From positions 1,704-65,703 of the forward strand of contig DASUWP010000120.1 in NCBI GenBank assembly GCA_036378335.1: a stretch of 64,000 nt of DNA. Reading direction: 5' to 3'. Shown piece by piece: positions 57,609-64,000 of the stretch (its first letter is position 1; each line of letters begins with the position of its first letter). The notes beneath the pieces were generated by a model. That model did no database searches. It had not been told where the DNA came from and saw only the letters and a list, made by a program, of their open reading frames with translations. Both the position numbers and the translations under genes were made by a program. Source of the stretch: Acidobacteriaceae bacterium. GTDB taxonomy: Bacteria > Acidobacteriota > Terriglobia > Terriglobales > Acidobacteriaceae.

Positions 57609-59372
57609 ATGCATCGTTGGTCCCAGCTTTTTATCCCCACACTCCGTGAGGCTCCGGCCGATGCCGAGGTTGCCAGCCACAAGTTCCTGCTCCGCTCCGG
57701 CTACATCCGTCAGCTCAGCGCCGGTGTCTACTCGTATCTCCTGCTCGGCCAGCGATCGCTAAACAAGATCATTGCCATTGTCCGCAACGAGATGGATAAG
57801 ATTGGCCAGGAGTTTTTTCTGCCCGCCCTGTTGCCGCGCGACCTCCTGGAGGAGAGCGGGCGCTGGACTATCTTCGGCGACAACCTGTTTCGTCTAAAGG
57901 ACCGCAAGGGCGCCGACGTGTGCCTGGGCATGACCCACGAAGAGGTCGTGACCTCGATTGCGCGCAACGAGCTGCGTAGCTACAAGCAGTTGCCGCAGAT
58001 CTGGTATCAGATCCAGACAAAATTCCGCGATGAACCCCGCCCCAGGTCGGGCCTGTTGCGCGTCCGCCAGTTCACCATGAAGGACGCCTACTCCTTCGAC
58101 ATGGATGCCGCCGGCCTGGACGAAAGCTATCGCAAGCACGACCAGACGTATCGCGCGATCTTTACGCGCTGCGGTCTGTCCTTCATCGTGGTCGAGGCGG
58201 ATTCCGGCGCCATGGGCGGCTCCGGATCGCAGGAATTCATGGTCTACACCGATGCCGGCGAAGACCTGATCGCCTCCTGCGCCCAGTGCGGCTACGCGGC
58301 CAATATCGAAAAGGCCACCTCGAAGCTCGTGCCGGTCGAAGATCTCGCTCCCACCGGCGACGGCAAGCCCGAGCGCATCCATACCCCCGGCAAGGCCGCG
58401 ATTGCGGACATCGTCGCCTTCCTGAATATGCTTCCCCAGCACGACATCAAGGCTCTCGCCTACATGGCTCTTGGCAACAACGGCAAGTGGAAGCCCATTG
58501 CCGTCTTCCTGCGCGGCGACCACTCGGTGAATGAGGCCAAACTCCTCAACGTTACCGGCGCGCGTGAGCTGCGCTACATGGAGACGGAGGAGCTGCAGAC
58601 CTGGTTCAAAGGACCGGCCGGCTATCTCGGCCCGGTGGGCCTGTCTGCGGCCAAGGAGGCTCTAGGTGAGGACCTCACGATGGTGCTGGACACAGCCCTC
58701 GAAGGCCGCCGCAACATGGTCGCCGGCGCGAACGAACTCGACTACCACTACCGCAACATCACCCCTGGCCGCGACTTCACGCCCACCGTCACCGCGGACA
58801 TCCGCAACGCAGAGGAGGGCGAGGGCTGCCCCGATTGCGGCGCGCCGCTCCGGGTGGCCAAGGCAGTCGAGATCGGTCACATTTTCAAGCTTGGCAACCG
58901 CTATTCGGAATCGATGGGCGCCCGCGTCCTCGACGCCGAAGGCCAGGAGGTCATCCTCACCATGGGCTGCTACGGGATCGGCATGGAGCGCATCCTTACC
59001 GCCGCCGTCGAGCAGAACCATGATGACAACGGCTTCTGGTTGCCGCCATCCATCGCGCCCTTCGATGTCATCGTCACCGTCACCAACATCACCGACGTCG
59101 CCCTGCTCTCGACCGGGGAGAAGCTGGCTCGCGACCTGGAAGCTGCCGGGTTCGATGTCCTGCTCGACGACCGGGATGAGCGTGCCGGGGTCAAATTCAA
59201 GGATGCCGACCTGATCGGCGTCCCCTACCGCATCAATGTCGGCAAGAAGGCAGCAGAAGGCCTGGTGGAACTGGTGACCCGGGCTACCGCCGGGGACAGA
59301 TCCGCCACCCGCGACCTGTCTTTGGACGATGTCGCCGCCTCCTTGCGCCAGGAGTACCAAAAGAGTGCCTAA
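57609..59372 (+). CDS. proS: Prolyl-tRNA synthetase
   Basis: [36 protein letters not shown] is the canonical ProRS N-terminus. Class II motifs are present, with a C-terminal anticodon-binding domain. The start was moved to the ATG at 57609. Confidence 0.92.
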   Translation: MHRWSQLFIPTLREAPADAEVASHKFLLRSGYIRQLSAGVYSYLLLGQRSLNKIIAIVRNEMDKIGQEFFLPALLPRDLLEESGRWTIFGDNLFRLKDRKGADVCLGMTHEEVVTSIARNELRSYKQLPQIWYQIQTKFRDEPRPRSGLLRVRQFTMKDAYSFDMDAAGLDESYRKHDQTYRAIFTRCGLSFIVVEADSGAMGGSGSQEFMVYTDAGEDLIASCAQCGYAANIEKATSKLVPVEDLAPTGDGKPERIHTPGKAAIADIVAFLNMLPQHDIKALAYMALGNNGKWKPIAVFLRGDHSVNEAKLLNVTGARELRYMETEELQTWFKGPAGYLGPVGLSAAKEALGEDLTMVLDTALEGRRNMVAGANELDYHYRNITPGRDFTPTVTADIRNAEEGEGCPDCGAPLRVAKAVEIGHIFKLGNRYSESMGARVLDAEGQEVILTMGCYGIGMERILTAAVEQNHDDNGFWLPPSIAPFDVIVTVTNITDVALLSTGEKLARDLEAAGFDVLLDDRDERAGVKFKDADLIGVPYRINVGKKAAEGLVELVTRATAGDRSATRDLSLDDVAASLRQEYQKSA

Positions 59373-59468
59373 TCAAGCCGGCACAGTGGTCAAAGCTGCG
59401 TCTACTCTAAAGAGATACGTGCTGGCCGCAGCTTTGCCGGCACCAGCAGGAAGATCGGTACATACCCT

Positions 59469-62162
59469 TTGGCAGTGAAACTCAAGCTCCCGCCCAACCG
59501 CAGCATCGCCGAAAAACCCGTATGGGAGACGGCGCTGATCATTGTCTGCATCGTATTCACGTTCACGCTGCTCATCGTGGGCATCACGTTCAGCTACTAC
59601 TCCAGCAAGTACAAGCAGGTCGTGAATGAGAGGCTGGCGAAGCCTCTCTTCAACCAAACGCCACGAATTTACGCCGCGCCGCGCGAGGTCCGCGTGGGCC
59701 AGAAGCTCACGGCCGGCTCTATCGCCCAGCAGTTACGAACTGCCGGCTACACTCCGCCCGGCAGCAACGCCTCGCCTATGGGTACCTACGAGCTTCGCGG
59801 GGACACCATCGTTGTGCACCCCGGCGCCCAGTCCTACCATTCGCAGGAAGGCGCCACCATCTCCTTCGAGAATGGCATGGTCACCAGCATCTCTGGCGAT
59901 GCGAACCAGCAGTTGTCCGCTTACGAGCTTGAGCCGCAACTCATCACCAGCCTCTCGGAGGGAGCGAACCGGGCCAAGCGCCGCCTCGTCACTTACGACG
60001 AGCTGCCCCCTGACCTGGTCAAAGCCGTCACGTCCATAGAAGACAGGCGCTTCTTCTCCCACAGCGGCGTCGATTACATTTCGCTGCTCGGCTGGATTTA
60101 TCACGATCTCATCGGGGACCGCCGCTACCGGGGCGGCGCGTCTACCATCACCATGCAGCTCTCGCGCAACTTCTTTGATCTGACGCGAGCGCGAAGCATG
60201 CGGCGCAAGATCATCGAGACGGCCATTACCTTCCAGCTTGAACACCGCTACACCAAGCAGGAGATCTTCCAGATGTACGCCAACGAGATTCCTCTTGGGC
60301 AGCAGGGCTCGTTCGGCATCTACGGCATGGGCGAGGCGGCGCAGGCCTATTTCGGCAAGGATGTCCGCCAGCTCGATCTCGCAGAATGCGCGCTGCTCGC
60401 CGGCATGATCCAGCAGCCGAGCGCGCTGAATCCCTACCACCACGGGGGCAAACGCGCGATTGCGCGACGCAACGTCGTCCTTGGCGCGATGGTGGAAACC
60501 CATGCCATCACGGAGGCTCAGGCCGAGGCCGCGCGCCATGAGCCTCTGCGCCTCGCCCCCGGCAGCATCGACGGCGGCCTGGCCCCTTATTTCATCGATA
60601 TCGTCCACGACCAGATCGTCCGCAACTACGGCGAGCAGCAATACAGCTCCCAGGGACTCCGCGTGTACAGCTCGCTCGATCCTGATCTGCAGGAAGTGGC
60701 CAACAATGCCGTTGGAGAAGGCATGAAGGTCGTGGACGAACTGGTCGCAAAACGCCGAGCAAAATCCAAGCATCCCGAAACAATCGCCAGTCCTCAGGTG
60801 GCGCTGGTGGCGCTCAATCCGCATACCGGACAAATCCTGGCGCTGGTCGGTGGACGCAACTACGGCATCTCTCAGCTCAACCATGCCGTTGCTCACCGGC
60901 CCACCGGCTCGATCTTCAAGCCCTTCGTCTATGCCGCGGCCTTCAACACATCGCTCGCCGGCACACAGCTCACCACCCCACCCGCTGTCGTGGAAACGGC
61001 GGCCGATGCTAATGCCAATGACGGCAGCAGCGTCGTCGGCGATCCGCAGCAGAGCGGCGCAACCCCGCCGCCCACCGATCCCGGTTTGCGTCACGGCTTG
61101 TTCACCGAAGTCACCCTGCTCAACAGCGACCCGCAGACCTTCGAGGGCGGCTACTCTCCACGCAACTACGGCCACCATGGCACGGGCGAAGTGACCGCCC
61201 GCTTTGCATTGCAGTACTCCCTGAACAATGCCACCGTGGAGTTGGCCCAGATGGTCGGCTACGACAACGTAGCTGCACTGGCCCGCGATGCCGGAATCAC
61301 CGACGCGAAGGGCACGCCGGCTATTGCGCTCGGTGCCTATAGCGCCACCCCCATCGATATGGCCGGCGCCTATACGAGCTTCGCCAATAACGGCACCCGC
61401 ATTATCCCCTGGGAGATCGCTTCGGTACGTGCCGCGAATGGCGACCCCATTAGTGACCACCAGCCTGACATGAAGCCGATCCTCGACCCCCGCATCGCTT
61501 ATCTCACCACCAACATGCTGCAGAACGTGATGAACGCGGGCACCGCGGCAGGCGTGCGCAGCCGCGGCTTCCAGGCCCCCGCCGCGGGCAAGACCGGCAC
61601 CTCGCGTGACGCATGGTTCGCCGGCTACACCTCCAACCTCATCTGCGTCATCTGGGTGGGAAACGACGATTACTCCGACATCAAGCTCGAAGGCGCGCAT
61701 GCTGCCGCACCGATCTGGGCCGAGTTCATGAAGCATGCGGTCGAGCTTCCCCAGTACTCGGACACGCGTGACTTCCCTATCCCCCAGGGCGTCAATCTGG
61801 TGAAGCTCGACAAGAACACCAACCTGCTGGCGGACCCAACCTGCCCCGAGGACTACTACGCCGCCTTCCTCGACGGCACCGCCCCCAACAACACCTGCTC
61901 CCATCCCAACGGGGACCAGCGGAACTTTTTCCAGAAGATCTTCGGACTGGGTGCGCCGCCCCAGCAGCCGCTTCCTCCGCGCAGCGGACCCACCGTCCTG
62001 CCGCCCGGCCAGCAGCAACAGCCTGGAAATCCCGGCATTCAGAACGCTCAGAACGGGGAACAGGAGCAGCCGAAGCCCAAAAAGCGCGGCTTCTTCAGCC
62101 GGCTCTTCGGTGGGGGTAAGAAGGACGACCAGCAGCAACAGCAGCAGCAGAACCCGCAATGA
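59469..62162 (+). CDS. Class A penicillin-binding protein (glycosyltransferase + transpeptidase), PBP1A-like, with a Q/P-rich tail
   Basis: The GT51 motifs are EDRRFFSHSGVD and GASTITMQL. The transpeptidase motifs are STGSIFKP (SxxK), SLNN (SxN) and KTGTS. The tail reads PPQQPLPP...QQQQQQQNPQ. The start is TTG at 59469 or GTG at 59475. Confidence 0.92.
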   Translation: MAVKLKLPPNRSIAEKPVWETALIIVCIVFTFTLLIVGITFSYYSSKYKQVVNERLAKPLFNQTPRIYAAPREVRVGQKLTAGSIAQQLRTAGYTPPGSNASPMGTYELRGDTIVVHPGAQSYHSQEGATISFENGMVTSISGDANQQLSAYELEPQLITSLSEGANRAKRRLVTYDELPPDLVKAVTSIEDRRFFSHSGVDYISLLGWIYHDLIGDRRYRGGASTITMQLSRNFFDLTRARSMRRKIIETAITFQLEHRYTKQEIFQMYANEIPLGQQGSFGIYGMGEAAQAYFGKDVRQLDLAECALLAGMIQQPSALNPYHHGGKRAIARRNVVLGAMVETHAITEAQAEAARHEPLRLAPGSIDGGLAPYFIDIVHDQIVRNYGEQQYSSQGLRVYSSLDPDLQEVANNAVGEGMKVVDELVAKRRAKSKHPETIASPQVALVALNPHTGQILALVGGRNYGISQLNHAVAHRPTGSIFKPFVYAAAFNTSLAGTQLTTPPAVVETAADANANDGSSVVGDPQQSGATPPPTDPGLRHGLFTEVTLLNSDPQTFEGGYSPRNYGHHGTGEVTARFALQYSLNNATVELAQMVGYDNVAALARDAGITDAKGTPAIALGAYSATPIDMAGAYTSFANNGTRIIPWEIASVRAANGDPISDHQPDMKPILDPRIAYLTTNMLQNVMNAGTAAGVRSRGFQAPAAGKTGTSRDAWFAGYTSNLICVIWVGNDDYSDIKLEGAHAAAPIWAEFMKHAVELPQYSDTRDFPIPQGVNLVKLDKNTNLLADPTCPEDYYAAFLDGTAPNNTCSHPNGDQRNFFQKIFGLGAPPQQPLPPRSGPTVLPPGQQQQPGNPGIQNAQNGEQEQPKPKKRGFFSRLFGGGKKDDQQQQQQQNPQ

Positions 62163-62252
62163 TCTGCTCCGGGCCAGGACGCAAAATAGCTGGGATTTGA
62201 GTGGTATTTGCTGGCTATTCATGCGATACTAAGCTGTCAGGAGGATGCCGCT

Positions 62253-62642
62253 ATGGCCATCATGGCAATGCCCCGCCCGGACCTCGCTGCGCATCGCGAA
62301 TCGCTTCGCCTGCCTGCCGCGGAGATCGTCACTCGGCTGGTTGAGATTCTGGGCCGCAAGCTGACCGCCTACATCGCGAAGGTAAAAGATGTCCGTGCGG
62401 TGGATCGCTGGATGGCTGGGGGCGAAATCTACGGCGACGCCGAGCAGCGCCTGCGCTTCGCGTTCCAAGTAGCCCGCACGCTGCGGGAGCAGGATACCCC
62501 GGCCGTTGTCCAGGCATGGATGACTGGCGTGAATCCGGAACTGGGCGATCGCGTTCCCCTGCGGCTGATGCGTGAAGGAGATCTACACATCGTGGCGCCG
62601 GAGGTCCTGCGTGCCGCCCGCGCCTTCCTCGCCGGCGGCTAA
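62253..62642 (+). CDS. Antitoxin of the Xre/MbcA/ParS type (DUF2384 toxin-binding domain)
   Basis: The C-terminus reads AVVQAWMTGVNPELGDRVPLRLMREGDLHIVAPEVLRAARAFLAG, matching the W..G.NP.LG...PL.L pattern. The ATG at 62253 follows CAGGAGGA with a 7-nt spacer. Confidence 0.7.
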   Translation: MAIMAMPRPDLAAHRESLRLPAAEIVTRLVEILGRKLTAYIAKVKDVRAVDRWMAGGEIYGDAEQRLRFAFQVARTLREQDTPAVVQAWMTGVNPELGDRVPLRLMREGDLHIVAPEVLRAARAFLAGG

Positions 62643-62868
62643 TGCGGATTTGCCATAGGTATACACCGGAGCCAATGACGATTGCGCGGTTTTTCCGTTA
62701 AGAAAAGCCGCTCTACGGTGAACTCGGTTGATGCATAGCAATGGAAATCCGCCCTAATGCTCTGGGGCTTCCGGCCGTAAGTGGAAGCGATATAATCCGC
62801 CATTGTCTCCTGATCCCATTTCCCCCAGGCTTGTGCGCACTGATCTTGCATCCCGTGATCCCGATCCC

Positions 62869-63555
62869 ATGCCTCTCGAATCGCGGGTTGCCGAACATCC
62901 TGTCCATCGCATCGGACGCTGGCCAGACCCATGGCAGCCGCCCGACTGGGCTCACGCCCACTCCGACGGAACATTCGGAAACCGATTCGACGATCCCCAG
63001 GCCTACTATCGCGTGATCTACAGCTCCAGCGAGCGCCTCGGCTGCTTTCTCGAAACGCTCGCGCGCTTTCGCCCCGATCTGACACTCCTGGCAGAGTTTG
63101 CCGCAATCGAAGGCGAGGACGACTTCACCCCGCTCGCCACTGTGCCAGCGAGCTGGCTCGCCGGGCGGCTTATCGGCACCGCACAGATTCAGGGCGAATA
63201 CGCCGACATCTATGCGGCGGGGTGGATATCGCTACTACGGCGAGAGCTTGCCTCCACCGCTGTGGCCCTCGGCCTCTCAGAGCTTGACACCTCCACGCTC
63301 CAGGCTGGCCGCCCGCGCCAGCTCACCCAGGAGGCTTCCCTCATCGTCTTCCGCCACGGCCTCGATGGCATCTGCTACCGCTCCCGCTATGGCCACTCGA
63401 TTGAGAACTGGGCCATCTTCGAGCCTTTCCCGCTGCGCAATAGCTCCGCGGCCGCAATCGGCGCGGATGATTCCGACCTGCAGTCCGCGCTCGAGCTCCA
63501 CGGCCTGACCATGCCCGATGGAGCACCGGCTACTCGCAACCTGCCGCCGGGCTAG
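62869..63555 (+). CDS. RES-domain toxin (MbcT/ParT-like)
   Basis: R, E and S signature regions are GNRFDDP, YSSSERLGCFLE and CYRSRYGHSIENWAIFEP. The ATG at 62869 is preferred, and TTG at 62803 is possible. Confidence 0.75.
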   Translation: MPLESRVAEHPVHRIGRWPDPWQPPDWAHAHSDGTFGNRFDDPQAYYRVIYSSSERLGCFLETLARFRPDLTLLAEFAAIEGEDDFTPLATVPASWLAGRLIGTAQIQGEYADIYAAGWISLLRRELASTAVALGLSELDTSTLQAGRPRQLTQEASLIVFRHGLDGICYRSRYGHSIENWAIFEPFPLRNSSAAAIGADDSDLQSALELHGLTMPDGAPATRNLPPG

Positions 63556-64000
63556 TGCGCCCGCTCCGGCTGACAGACGGGACACCAATAGGTCGAGCGA
63601 GCACCCGTCCCCTGCCTTTGCATCTGGATCGCCGCACCGCAACGCCGGCATTCCTTACCTTGCCGCCGGTATACCCAAAGCCGCGCACCGGGATCGTCTG
63701 CCCGCGTGGTGCGGCGCAGGCCGGTGTACGTCATCATTCCTCCGCCGGTGCCATCTTTCACGTTCATCTCCAGAAAGCGTCTTGCGCGTTCAAGGATGCA
63801 ATCGATCTCCGCGATCGCAAGCGTGCTCACGAGGCGGAATGGATGCACTCCGCAGGCAAACAGGACCTCGCTTTTGTAGACGTTCCCCAATCCTGCGATC
63901 ACCTGCTGGTTCAGCAGCACATTTGCGATCTCCTCATCGCAATGCGCCAGCAGCCGGGCTCTTGCCTCGTCCGCGGCAAAATTCGCGCCCAGAAGATCCG
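63552..64000 (-). CDS. Fpg/Nei-family DNA glycosylase, C-terminal part (5' end beyond the window)
   Basis: LLNQQVIAGLGNVYKSEVLF is the H2TH motif. The C-terminal zinc finger reads CRRCGAAI...YWCPVCQ. The reading frame stays open up to position 64000. Confidence 0.85.
   Translation of the reverse strand, partial: DLLGANFAADEARARLLAHCDEEIANVLLNQQVIAGLGNVYKSEVLFACGVHPFRLVSTLAIAEIDCILERARRFLEMNVKDGTGGGMMTYTGLRRTTRADDPGARLWVYRRQGKECRRCGAAIQMQRQGTGARSTYWCPVCQPERAH

Noticed and set aside
59733-62222. An 829-codon ORF on the minus strand, antisense to the PBP gene
   Set aside because: It lies entirely inside the PBP1A-like gene, which has unmistakable GT51 and SxxK/SxN/KTG motifs. The antisense translation is Arg/Gly/Ala/Val-rich with no motif. 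This is the usual stop-codon-poor antisense frame of high-GC DNA.

Overview
High-GC, gene-dense bacterial chromosomal segment with about 65 protein genes. I recognised no rRNA, tRNA, CRISPR array, transposase or integrase. Most of it is conserved housekeeping. This includes mreC'-mreB, aldehyde and alanine dehydrogenases, an NtrY/NtrX-like two-component pair, and the phoH-ybeY-CNNM/corC-era cluster. It also includes rpsT, holA-lptE, tilS and ftsH, ispD and ispF, gltX, proS, kdsD/kpsF, a class A PBP and a partial fpg/nei at the right edge. There are many secreted or lipoprotein hydrolases: two tandem M13 peptidases, M14, M28, YpfJ and an amidohydrolase. The gene content, Q/P-rich protein tails and frequent 4-nt stop/start overlaps suggest an Acidobacteriota-like Gram-negative, but that is inference only. 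Four parts look accessory. (1) 41.0-44.7 kb holds an XRE regulator, a His-rich NfeD-like protein, flotillin and PspA, forming a membrane-stress module with palindromic operators. (2) 44.8-48.1 kb is an islet that looks lower in GC by eye. It contains a DUF4065/Panacea antitoxin-like gene translationally coupled to an uncharacterised two-TM protein, which is my best candidate for an undescribed toxin-antitoxin pair. (3) 62.2-63.6 kb holds an Xre(DUF2384)-RES toxin-antitoxin pair, atypically split by a 226-bp AT-richer spacer. (4) There are two unusually long non-coding gaps, at 16.6-17.1 kb and 26.0-26.5 kb. All functional calls come from reading the translated ORFs for motifs. No database search was possible. 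Long antisense ORFs typical of high-GC DNA were discarded.
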